Shown here piece after piece: positions 30,701 to 41,200 of a stretch of DNA of 64,000 bases. Numbering within the stretch: position 1 is the first letter of the stretch; each line of letters starts with the position of its first letter. The position numbers and the translations under genes are program-made. Source of the DNA: a virus; the IMG/VR virus record IMGVR_UViG_3300029309_000008, positions 25,757 through 89,756 of that record, one strand, 5' to 3'. The notes beneath the pieces were generated by a model. It saw nothing but the letters and a program-made list of their open reading frames with translations. It had not been told where the DNA came from and did no database searches.

Positions 30701-31641
30701 ATTATGGTTTACCTAAACTAAGAACTTCAGACCAAATTACTAAACTAAAAGAAGACCTATTAGCTAGAGGTATACCTCAAGAGCAAATTGACCAAATTGC
30801 TTTTAACACACAGGAAAGACCTATGATAGGTCCTGAATACGGAGGCGAAGGTGTCAGAAGCGATGACCCTAAGTATATGGGGTACCAAAACTCTGGTTTT
30901 AGCGTAGACTTGGCAGAAGATAAACAAGGTATGGTACCTTATGGTTATATGGAGGAAACACCACAACAGGAATTTGATTTTGAAATTCCTAATTTGGGAG
31001 CTTCTCTTAGTGTGCCAGCATTAGACTTTACCAGTGATTTAGTCAGACCTAGTATAGGCATAGCTACAACTCCTTTGCAACAACAAGCTAGAGTAGACCT
31101 CCAGCCTGTAAAATATAGTGAAGAACAAGCCCTTAGAGAGGGTGCGGCTGCTACTAATTTGGCTATGCGACAGTCTGCTAATATGGGAGGACCAGAAGCT
31201 AGGACTGCTGCAGTAGGCTCACAAAGTGTTAGAAGCCAGTATGCTAATGAGGCTACTCTACAAAGACAGGAAAAGGATGCGGAATCAGTATTTAAAACTG
31301 ATTTAGCAGAGGCACAGCTTAACAGCCCAATTGATAGTGCTAACTTAACTAGACAGTATCAGTACTCCTCTAATGCACTCAAAGCTGTTGATAATGAGAT
31401 ATCAGCCATTGCTGATTTTGAAAAAGCAGTACTTGACAGAGCAGACCAAAAAGAAAGGTTCGCTAATACATTAGCAGTTATGGGTCAATTTGCTCCTAAT
31501 TTCATGGTAACTCCTTCGGGTCCAGTATTCAACCCAGGAACACAGACAGATATACTGTATCCTTTTGCTAGCAATATAGCTCAACAAGTTCTTGCATCAT
31601 CAGGACAACCTATATCATTCGAGCAAGCATCTGGAAACTAA
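27787..31641 (+). CDS. modular virion cargo polyprotein 3 (DUF5872-like N-half, ExE/SHxxGG domain, DUF5754-like module)
   Basis: 1284 aa; many xxxGG linkers; NAELEKNE...GKSHAQGG...ILSD domain followed by a coiled coil. Confidence 0.6.
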   Translation: MFRKKVIRNQEVPVDPNAYQSTNPAYQYIPAGIDMMATEGEPATDVFGNPRPLVFKRRALGSFDSQEDFNKYHAIVRNRQNQMSTSGKIIDEIQQALVDAAYVLTNPLSTYKDAHSMEGLRRMRGEIEQNGGYIRNQNAVGTSLPGYGGFAGPGLPANIDADSDGIPDAYDSLPDSTGGSFVFDTPTTTTESTTSPMVPFVPDTVESLPNMRQFNPYQNVGFGLSTALTSDSAGERRAGAVLTGLAGASSAFDLGSNLLLGRGANKEITDMMAQADRTAGLDFQAPIMDQTEGVESALSRTGFAQDGATMYKKGGKSKKKNKPNNPSLWSRAIAAAKKKFDVYPSAYANAWAVQWYKKKGGTWRKAQDGFVYEEGGQITIEEQLSGRNVTGIARPELSGTEINAELEKNEYVEYPEEQKISKVIGKSHAQGGEKMNLEPGTRILSDNIKVGAEYKKALSDLFDMKNIKANDTVAKVMEKYLQKSGITAIQKRQEEVLKGLKENMSVKDEATRRTNEQFYADKIIKTQAELNEKQKEQTLVFNVLFQMQEARKAKNEQGDPSAKNIRKRPPLEQEFVPYEGPPPVEEETAQPVEVALQNGGTIDILMDGTKIYASPEAIEIVRRDALEGGYGDFMEYLSENVTGRYADGGGIPERYKKKGFRKVGVKKRAPSGSKHKWEVLARKKVGGKTRYKIVKGGFRGMKDFTQHKDKKRQKSFWDRMGGKNSAKTKDPFSPLYWHKRFGTWEDGGKLDAKKNFKPHWMYDPNNPNKAEFAEKYEDHVRLDKLGYVYEKPKIEDFEYGGMSRYQSANQVEIIVDADGNRYIPQFRDRETGQVVYADAQGNYVVPGQMTTENSTFNANARGIYRAGQYGYDELDDVGKSKLDESSGATADYVAEQYKKTGSVQGLTVNVFGASSKTPVSPKSQIEIFESLGYEQIGSNKNRYRVPDLANDPTGQTFIEVLVGTSEASDAANYGLPKLRTSDQITKLKEDLLARGIPQEQIDQIAFNTQERPMIGPEYGGEGVRSDDPKYMGYQNSGFSVDLAEDKQGMVPYGYMEETPQQEFDFEIPNLGASLSVPALDFTSDLVRPSIGIATTPLQQQARVDLQPVKYSEEQALREGAAATNLAMRQSANMGGPEARTAAVGSQSVRSQYANEATLQRQEKDAESVFKTDLAEAQLNSPIDSANLTRQYQYSSNALKAVDNEISAIADFEKAVLDRADQKERFANTLAVMGQFAPNFMVTPSGPVFNPGTQTDILYPFASNIAQQVLASSGQPISFEQASGN

Positions 31642-31668
31642 GTTATTAATTTTAACATTTAAATTAAC

Positions 31669-34600
31669 ATGGCTACACCATTTTCAAAACCTTTAGAGTA
31701 CGCAGAGTATATCGAACCAGTAGATATGGACCTACTGCTCAAAGCAGTTACGTACAAGCAAGGTAAATACGATTTAAATAAACAAAGAGTTAGTAATTTA
31801 GTCAATCAGGCTATTACTATGCCTTTTGCTAAAGAGGAGGATAGAGAATATTTTGATTCTAGAATGGCTGGTTTAATTAACGAGCTAAATAGATACGGTG
31901 CAGGGGATTTATCTTCAGATACTAGAGCTGATTATTTAGTAGGGTTTCTTTCTCAAGCGGCAGATGAATCGGTTGCTAATGGTGTAGAGGGTACTTTGTG
32001 GAAACAACAGTACGATGCATCCGCTTTGGAGGCTAGGAAAGAAAACCCAGAATCATTTAGTGAAAGAAACTACCAATACGGTTTACAGAATTACAATGAA
32101 TGGCTCAATGATAGGCAAGTAGGGACGAATGTTAATGACTATAGCAACCCTTGGACAGGAAAAGGCGTGGGGAGATATCAACCTTTTGTAAATGTTGATG
32201 CTATGTTGCGAGAGGAGCTTGAAAAAATAGACCCAGAAATAACTTTCGAAATATCGCCTTTTGGTAATGGTATTCAGTATTATAAAAACAAGTATGAGTT
32301 GATAACAGATGAAAAGTTATTAAACTCTATAAATCTTCAAGTAGAAGGTAATCCCCAGTTACAAACTCAACTAGACATAAATGCATGGTCAACTTACAGT
32401 GGAGCAACTTCTGAACAACTTACACCACAAATTCAAGAATATTATCAAGGAAAAGCTGCTGAGGCGGGAAAGAACATTGAGTATTTTCGCCAACAAAAGG
32501 CAGGGGCATCCACACAGGAGCTTGAAATTCTCAATCAAGAGATAGAGAACTTAAAAAAATTACAAAATAATTTTACACAACAAGCTAGTTTAGAAAGTGT
32601 AAATGCAACATTAGCCAATCCGTCTGCTAGAGTGGCTACCTTAAAGAATCTATACAGAGACGGTCTATACTCATCGTATGCTTATCAATATGCACAAACA
32701 AACCTTGTGGATATGGATATCTTTAGTGACGAAGCCGCAAAGATAAGTGCGACTGCTTCTGCAAATGCAGAGGTTGAAAGAATGAAACAAGCTAATGATG
32801 TGTTACTAAAAGCTTATGAAGCTGATGGTAAGGGAGAAACTGCATTAGCCGATGCATATGTTGGTTATCTTGAAGATGTATTACAATTCAATTATGAGGT
32901 ACCAGGAACTGGGATTGTAAGTCCTAGTGGAATGATGGCTCTTCATAGAATGGGAGAGGTGGGTACTGCTCTAAAAGATGAGTCTATAGAAAATGTAAGT
33001 ATTACACAGCAGTTTACAGCAAAACAAGCTCTAACACAACGACAAGTAGACGAAACAATTAGTGCTATTGCATCAAGTACTGATTTATATGGAAATACTA
33101 GAGCTGAAACTGTGGCCACTATCAATTCTTGGTCACCAGAAAGATTAACTGAGGAAATTAATAGACCAGGACTAGACCCTATTTTAAAAGGACAATTCGA
33201 AATTCTTAGGGAGGCGGTGACTATGAATACCACTTTAGCACAAACACATGAGCTAGCTGTTGACTTGACATATGCACAAATTGAAAGTAAACTAAGAAAT
33301 GGTGAAACTGCATGGACTGGGGGAGGTTATGCAGGCTATCGTGTAATAACAGATGAAAACGGTGAGACGGTCAAACTACCTGCTACAGGTACATTTTTAA
33401 AAGTTGAAAATGGTCAACTTGTAGGTTACGACTACATAACTCCAAAAGAGAGAGCAGTAGCTTTTCAAACCATGAAGGATGCGGAGTACGCAGCCAACAG
33501 AAGGCCAATAGGTGGAGGAGGGTTTGGTAATGTCGGAGGTTGGTTTGTAAACAGAGGAGTTGATTTCATGGATTTTGCAGGAAATGTTATGAGTGCTCTA
33601 TATGATTTTGGTCCAGGAAGAGTAACAACGGGGGGTCGTTATATAAACAGTTACAAACAAAATAGACTCGAGGCTAATCTAGATGCTCTTTACGAAAATG
33701 ACCCTACACCAGATAAAAGAATATATGCAGCTGTATCAGGATTTAGAGGCTATGATGTCGATGGAGATAATATAGCAGACCCAGGTGCGACTAGCGGAAC
33801 ACCAATCTACGGAGAGGGACTTGTTAGAAATTCACAGATGCCTGTGGGTACGCAACTTAGGCAAGAATTGGGTAAAGGTATCTTCACTTACTTAGCATTT
33901 ATGCCACAGGGTAATATTTTGAGAACTGGAGCTCCAGCTCTTGGAGGAGTTTTAGGCCCTCTCGGACCAGGTAGAATAGTTAGTAGGATACCTGGAGTCA
34001 GAACCCTTCTTCCGAGATATACAGGAAGAGCAGCTCTTGGTCGCAATTTACAGGGTTTATTTTTAGCAACAGGTTTAGGTACTGTTGCAGATGCTGGCAA
34101 TGTGCTGTTAGAGACGGGGGTGGCTCGTAGAGGAGGGTATAATACGAGTGTTAATAGAAGAGGTCAAGGATTAGGCATAGGGTTTGAGGCTCAGCAACAA
34201 GCCCCTGCTAATTATGGAGGGTTTCGGAACTTTCGGTTTTTTAGAAGAGGGTTGGCTTCAGATATCTTAGCATATGATGTTCTTGGTGACGATGATGCAC
34301 TACGCCAAGCTATTGGGGATGCTGCTGATATAGACTTCATGGCTAAACACGATGGTTTAATATTTTCTAATGGTAGACATTATTTAGGGGCGATACTTGA
34401 AAATAACCTTGAGCATGTGTTAATTCAAAATAATGTACAAGCTATCCCAACTAGACAATTAAGTTTAAATTCAATGGCGGCTAGGCCTTATTTGGAGGAT
34501 ATATTTAATGCTATGACTCCTGATGGTGTTCCACTATTCCCTGATGTACCTGAATTACAGAGTGCTCCAAGTTTTATAGCAGCAATGGATAAAGACCCTA

Positions 34601-35274
34601 CAGAGGACCAAGAAGCTCTTTTATTAGATATTAAAGGAATCGGTGGGGGCCAACTACAAGTAGTAATGCGAAGAGGGGATGACGAACCTGTGGTAAAGAT
34701 GTTTTACCCAGATAAGAATAGTGACTTTTACAAGCAAATTTTAGTACCAGAAACTCTTGACTACAATAATCAGATGGATAACATGTTATTCAATGTTGGT
34801 AATATGGCTAAATCTAGAGACCTAATAGCTAAGGGTACGGAAGTTATGCCAGACGGTACTATCAAGGAAGGTAGCCCTCTACAAAACAAACTGCAAACCA
34901 TATCTCTGATTGACGAGGAGACTGGATTATTTATAAGACCAGAATATACTATGACATATGAACCTAATCCTAAAGATGGATACTCATACTCTTCAACACC
35001 TTATGATGGAAATAAGGTTTTAAGAATGAAAGGCGTTACTATCTTGAATTCAGATAATGACGTTTTAGGTTTTGTGGAAAAGGCAGGGATATTTAAGTTT
35101 GACCAAATAATAGCTACCACGAGACCAAGTAGTGCACAAGAACCAGGTGTGGAAGACCTTCTATTCAATGTAGGAGACAATGTGCTTTCTGTCCAAGCTG
35201 CGAATGCATTTTTTTCTAATGAAGAACAAGTACAAGCTGTAATAGATGAATTTAGTAAATCCCAATCAAAATAA
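31669..35274 (+). CDS. large ejected/internal virion protein
   Basis: 1201 aa; the N-terminal YIEPVD...KQGKYD helical region is typical of crAss-like cargo proteins; central Gly-rich amphipathic segments. Confidence 0.6.
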   Translation: MATPFSKPLEYAEYIEPVDMDLLLKAVTYKQGKYDLNKQRVSNLVNQAITMPFAKEEDREYFDSRMAGLINELNRYGAGDLSSDTRADYLVGFLSQAADESVANGVEGTLWKQQYDASALEARKENPESFSERNYQYGLQNYNEWLNDRQVGTNVNDYSNPWTGKGVGRYQPFVNVDAMLREELEKIDPEITFEISPFGNGIQYYKNKYELITDEKLLNSINLQVEGNPQLQTQLDINAWSTYSGATSEQLTPQIQEYYQGKAAEAGKNIEYFRQQKAGASTQELEILNQEIENLKKLQNNFTQQASLESVNATLANPSARVATLKNLYRDGLYSSYAYQYAQTNLVDMDIFSDEAAKISATASANAEVERMKQANDVLLKAYEADGKGETALADAYVGYLEDVLQFNYEVPGTGIVSPSGMMALHRMGEVGTALKDESIENVSITQQFTAKQALTQRQVDETISAIASSTDLYGNTRAETVATINSWSPERLTEEINRPGLDPILKGQFEILREAVTMNTTLAQTHELAVDLTYAQIESKLRNGETAWTGGGYAGYRVITDENGETVKLPATGTFLKVENGQLVGYDYITPKERAVAFQTMKDAEYAANRRPIGGGGFGNVGGWFVNRGVDFMDFAGNVMSALYDFGPGRVTTGGRYINSYKQNRLEANLDALYENDPTPDKRIYAAVSGFRGYDVDGDNIADPGATSGTPIYGEGLVRNSQMPVGTQLRQELGKGIFTYLAFMPQGNILRTGAPALGGVLGPLGPGRIVSRIPGVRTLLPRYTGRAALGRNLQGLFLATGLGTVADAGNVLLETGVARRGGYNTSVNRRGQGLGIGFEAQQQAPANYGGFRNFRFFRRGLASDILAYDVLGDDDALRQAIGDAADIDFMAKHDGLIFSNGRHYLGAILENNLEHVLIQNNVQAIPTRQLSLNSMAARPYLEDIFNAMTPDGVPLFPDVPELQSAPSFIAAMDKDPTEDQEALLLDIKGIGGGQLQVVMRRGDDEPVVKMFYPDKNSDFYKQILVPETLDYNNQMDNMLFNVGNMAKSRDLIAKGTEVMPDGTIKEGSPLQNKLQTISLIDEETGLFIRPEYTMTYEPNPKDGYSYSSTPYDGNKVLRMKGVTILNSDNDVLGFVEKAGIFKFDQIIATTRPSSAQEPGVEDLLFNVGDNVLSVQAANAFFSNEEQVQAVIDEFSKSQSK
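33061..33210 (+). repeat. dispersed direct repeat, copy 2 (paralog at 26911-27060)
   Basis: Ungapped match to copy 1. Confidence 0.9.
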
Positions 35275-38200
35275 TCCTGTTTTTCAACAGGCTCAACAAG
35301 GTTTATCTCAGATACCCCGTCCTTCAGTCAGGAACATGGCTACCATAAAAGATTTTTATGAGTATGCAGGTCCTAAATATGGTTATATAACCAAGTATAA
35401 AGAAGGATTCATACCTGATTTTGATAACGAAACTTACTATGCAAATAAGCAGTCTGGTATAGACGTTACATTAGCAGGACTAAAACAATTTGGTAATTTA
35501 TTTGCTAATCAGTTTTTGAATAACTTTTCTCAGTATGGAAGAGATGTTACTGCTTTGGCAACCTTAGATGCTTCAAAACTTTGGGACAGTGATATGGCTT
35601 CTGGTGCAGCACAGACTGCAAAAGCACAACGGTTGCTCAACCCTATATTTAGAACACCAGAAATGGCTGAGTTTGAATTAGAGCAGGCCACAGGCAAAAG
35701 GGGGCCTTTTTCAGCTTTTACTAAATTTTTACCAGGTTCACCAGGTGCAGGAAGGTTCAGGTCCGAGCTTTTAGGACAAGCAGGTTTTTCGTTAGGTGCT
35801 TTAGGGGCGTATGGGGTTGAATCATTAGTACTGGCGGGTTTAACAACTCCTGCTGGAGGTCTAGCTAATGCAGCGATGAAAGCTCCTAAATTAGCAAGGA
35901 CTATCTACTCTATGTTCCGTACAGGTGACCAACTTAGAGATATTACTACAGCAAGAAGGGCGGTTCAAACTTCTCGTTCTTTAAAAAAGTTAGTAAACAG
36001 TGTGCCCACAGTAATTAGAAGGTCTAACTTGGCTGCATCAGAATCTGCTTTAGAAGCTAATATGGCAGCTTTAGAGTTTAAAGAACAAGAACTTAAAGTA
36101 AGAGAGTTAGACTCACGTTTACCTACTAGCGAGGAATTAAGCTCATTAGCAAAAGATACTGAAGAAGTAGGTGATTTTACTTTTGGGTGGAATATGCCTA
36201 TATTATTAGCGAGCAATGCTTTGTTTTTAAGTAATGTTGCAAACGGTAGATTTTTACTACCAAAGACAGCAAACCTAAGTGAGCACCTTTTATCTAAAGG
36301 AGCCAAGTTTATGACCTATAAGCAAGCTGCTAAACAAGGTTTACTTACATTTGGAGACAGGGTACGCAGAGCAGGAATGTACTTACCCATGCTTAATCTT
36401 CAAGAAGGGTTTGAAGAGGGTGCTCAAAGAGTCGCATCAGAAACAGCTAAAAAATACTTTAGCCAAACTAATAATCTATACGGTGAAACTATAAAATCAC
36501 AAGCATTAGTTGCAGGAGAAGAAATACACAATACACTTACAACAGCTGAAGGCTGGAATGAGATAGCTGCAGGTATTATTAATGGTATGGGCATGTCCAT
36601 GTCAAGGGCTGCTATAAATAGGTCTTTAGGTAACACAAGAGTTGGGCAGAAGTTAGGCCTTATGAGTCCTAGCAAAAGAGAGGAAAACTTAGTAAGTATT
36701 GCAACAAAGGTAAATGAGCAAGTATCTAAGTATGTTCAAAGTAGTGTAGTAAATGGACCACAGACTCATAATGCCTCCCAACAATTAGAGTCTGCTGCAG
36801 GAACTGCTGCAGAAGCAGGTAAAGGTAATCAAAAATCAGCAAGAGACTTTAGACAAGATTCAAAATACTCCTTATTTTCTCTTGGTAGAAGATATGGAAT
36901 TACAGATGCTATTATCGATAATGCTGTATTAGAGCTGAAAGAAGCTGTAAAAAATGACCCTTCACTAGAGAGTTCTCTTGGAGAGAATAGCGATATAGAC
37001 ACTCTAGGGTTTGACCTTAAACAAGAAGCAGAAGTCTACAATAAAAAGATGGATGCTGCAATGACTAATTTAGGTAGGGTCAGAGATAAACTTACCACCG
37101 ACCTAGCCAAACAAGCCCATGATGTGGCAGTAGATGTTCTTGTACGACTTGATATGGGGGCTGATAATGCCTTTTCTCGTGGTAGAAAAATGATGCAAGA
37201 GCTTAAAACTAGAGCTCAAGAAAGTAGTGATGCTGCAAAAATTATGGAAGTTCTAGATGCCGTATCTAGTCCAGAGTCTTTAGTAGAGTTAGCTCTTAGA
37301 GTAGAGTCAAGTATTCAACAACGGGAGGATGCCAATAAAGGTGTCGAGATGACCAAGCAACAAAGGGAAGCATTTAACTTGGAAATCATAAAAGAAAAAA
37401 ATTATCTAAAGACCCTTCAGAATTTAAGAGATACATTTTTAGATAAAAACGGAAAGCTAAAATCTGATGTTACTGCAAATGAAGCATCCGTTGCTATAGT
37501 TAATGAATTTGCTAATTATAATGGTAGGTTTGCAGATAGAGAATTCCAAGAGAAACTTGCTGACTATCTTTTACTAGAAGCAGAGGGGTCTTCAATTAGA
37601 GAACTATTTAACAGGGTACAAGACCCTAAATCATTCGAAGAAAACTTTTTAAAAGGTTTTGTAAGAGAAGCTAAGAAATCTGCTAATCAGCAGGCTAAGG
37701 CTATCGAAGTAAAAGATACTAGTACTACGGGCACTATCACTGATGAAGACTACCAACAAGCTTTATCTAATATACCAATATTTGTAGTAGCAAAAGTAGA
37801 AAATATCTTAAGAGGTATAACAGAACAAAATGGTAAATTCCTTTTTGGAAACAGAGAGTATACAACAGAAAAAGAGGCTATTGATACTGCTATAAATAGT
37901 TTAAATTTAAATGAAACAGATAAAGCTTCTGTTATGAATGCTATCGGTCCTTTCATGCGGAAGGCAAAGCAATCAGCTGCCGCAGAGGCTGCAAGCACAG
38001 AAACTCAAGAGGAAGCTGAAACGGGTATGAACGTAGTTGTGCCCCAAGGAAAAGAGGAGCCTAATACCAAGGAAGAAATAGAAGAAAGAAATAAAAAATA
38101 TAGTCTTAGTAGAAGTACTCCTGGAAATATTGTTACCCACTTTTTCGACAAAGCTTTAGCAAAAGTGTACTCGGTGTACGAGAAGTACTTGTATAAGTTT

Positions 38201-41200
38201 GCTGGCGAAAATGTTAAACAAGGTATTGAAAAGATGAAGAATCTTTACAGTAATAACATTACTGTAGTCTCCATACATCTAAACGATTCTTTAGTACCCA
38301 ATTTAAGAAAGGGAACAGAAAGTACAAGCACCCTACAAAGTGATATAACTTCAAACGGATATGTAGCTATTGAAGAACCAGAAGCTGGTAGAATATTCGT
38401 AATCGTTCCAGGAGATAGAAATGCAGCTGCGTTAGTCCTAGCCGAACAACTTAATCTTTTCATCAATCCTGAAATAGATGCAGCGTTCCAACCTATAAGG
38501 ACAGGCTCTCTTGGGGGAATGGTCGTAGACACAAATATCCCGTTTGACGGTAAAATTAAAGACTCAAGGCGAGAGATGTCTAAATTATTGGTGGGGGACA
38601 AAGTTAAAATAGTCATACCCGCTAACGATTTAAACACTAAACTAGTACAGGATTGGGTACAACAGGGTAGTCAACAGGATAAATTAGATGAAATAAAAAA
38701 TAGCATCTACATTACTATCATGTCAGGTGGTAAAGTTGTAGGGGTTATGAGAGCAGGAGACTTTGCAATGCAGACTTCTCAGTCCTCCGCAGCTATTACT
38801 AGGTTTAGAAATCAAGTAATCACAGATGATGTTATAACAAACTTAACACAAGGAATTGCTAGTAACGTAGGAACTTTAAGTGTTTCAAGTAAAGTTAATT
38901 TATTTAACATAAATTACAATGAGGATGGCACTATGTTGTGGACCAACCTTAAAGATTATATAGAGGCGGCAAAAGCTAACAAATATTTAGATGTAGACGT
39001 TTTCATTGCAACTTCTAGGGATATCATCACGAACAGTGAAGGAAAGGTTTTCTACCGAGCACAACTAGGTCGCACAAGTGATTTCAAAGTAGGAGCTGTG
39101 TATGCTGTTATAACGGAAGATAAAACTACTAGAACAGTAGTACAGGCCGCTACAGATAGTACAACTACATTTGACATAACTGCCTTGCAGGACCCAAATG
39201 TCGGGGTTGATGCTATAGCTGAACAGGTAGAAATATTTTTGAAACCCAATGAGTCTCCTACAATATCAACTAGGATAGGTGTAAATTTAAATGCTTACTC
39301 TAAAAGTCAATCTACAAGAGTAGATATTAATAAACTTAAGAAGCAGTTTAATAATAAGATAATTGAGGAGAGTAAAAAAATAATAGTTGTAACTAGAAAA
39401 GGCGATGTAGTTTTATTGCACAGTGCTGAATTGAGTGGACCGAATAATCAACAAATTGTAGGCCGAGACATATCAGGGAAAGAAAGAGCTATAGGCCTAA
39501 AAGAGGTTGTAGAGTTTCAAAAGGTATCAGCTGATGTTAGTGTCAGTGAAACTATGAAGGCAAACTTTGAGTATAAAAATACCTCTAGAGGAATTAAAGG
39601 TAACAAGACCAAAGGTTATACTGGACAAGAAGTGCTAGATGTATTGGGTCCCTATTTAGATGGAGCACAAAGAGCTTTTTTATTATCATACCAAAAAACA
39701 GGTGGAAAAATATACTTCTATAATGACCCTAAAATGCCATATGGTGGGGGATTCTTTAGATTTTTACGTGGAAATGTTTCATGGGAAAATGGTTTACAAC
39801 AAGGTAAAAATTTGGTAGGTATTAATATTTACAAATTTACTTCACTAGAACAATCAGGTAGTAGCCAAGAAAAGATAAATGATTTTTTAAGAGAAGTGCT
39901 AGGTCACGAAGTGATTCACGCACTAGCACAGTATGCTTTAACCTCTAGAAAAGGTAATGACGAGATAACTGCCGAGCAGCGAGAAAGAATTAACGAGTAT
40001 AAAAAAGAATTGCAGGCCTTAAGGCAAGAGGTTAAAGGTTTATGGGACAAAGATAAAAATAGACCAAGCCTCCCCGAAGCAAATTATGTGTTTAAGAGTG
40101 GCACTGCAGAAGAACTCTTAACTTATGCTATGACTAATGCTACCTTTGCTAAATGGCTAGACAGTCAAGTAGTGGGGCAACAAGAGGGCGAAGTTAAGGA
40201 TACTCTTTGGAACAGGTTCAAAGAAATTATAAGAAATATAGTTTCTGAAGTATTTACTGGAAACAAAACTTATTTAGATAAAGTAAACGAGATAGCAGAT
40301 AAATATTTGGTTTTAAATGATTTTTCAGTTGTGAATCTAACTGAAGAATTTGGTCCAGGTAGTATCGTAACTGAGGACTCCCCAAGTAGAGTAAGCTTGT
40401 TGTCTGAAACAGAAAAAGAGTTTTTAGAATTTAGAGAAAACGCTACACCCTTTGAGCAAGAGCAATGGATTATTGAAAACGGACAGGAGGGAGATTCTTT
40501 TGACATCACAGGGGGCACAGTAGTAGTGATAAATGAAAGGACCGATACGCAGTTACGAACAACTAGAGACGGTCTTCTTAATATTATTGGGCTTGAGGAA
40601 GCTTATGACCCCAATGAAATAATTGATAGACAAGTTTTAAGTGATATTATTACAAGAGAAAATAATGGTATACCCTTAACAGTAAGAGAGCACTTGATAA
40701 AAGTATATAATACAACTGCCTACAGAATTCTTAAAGGACAACTTAAATCAGTTGAAGCTAGATTAAAGACTACTCAAGAGGCGTATCTAATTGAGACTAT
40801 AAAAGATAATTTAGCAGACAAGATAGGGGAGAGAGTCGAAACTGTTTTAGCTATATTATCAGAAACATATTTAGCTTCTGTTATAGCACAAAACAGACCG
40901 ACAACAATGTCTCAATTGGTAACAATGTCAGAAGGTATATCTGAAGAAGAAAAGAATGCTATACTGAACTCTTTAGGCATAGGAGACTACACCTTAATGT
41001 GGGCTTATGTGACACAAGCAGATAAGGTCTTTAATATCAAACAATTAGAAAATTTAAGAAATATAATAGAGGGTAACTTTACAACTTTTCAATCTGTTGT
41101 TAACTTGAACAATACAATAGTATTTGATAGACAAACTCCTGATAATTTATCAAATAGACTACAAGCTGCAAGACAATATTTTCAAAATGTATTTAACTCG

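Noticed and set aside
26911-33210. The repeat pair as a diversity-generating retroelement TR/VR
   Set aside because: Mismatches are not restricted to adenines in either copy, both copies are internal to coding regions, and no reverse transcriptase is present in the window
33751-33771. YDVDGD as an RNA polymerase catalytic DxDGD motif
   Set aside because: It lies in a Gly-rich, low-complexity region with no other RNAP motifs visible; a Ca-binding-like loop or chance match is more likely
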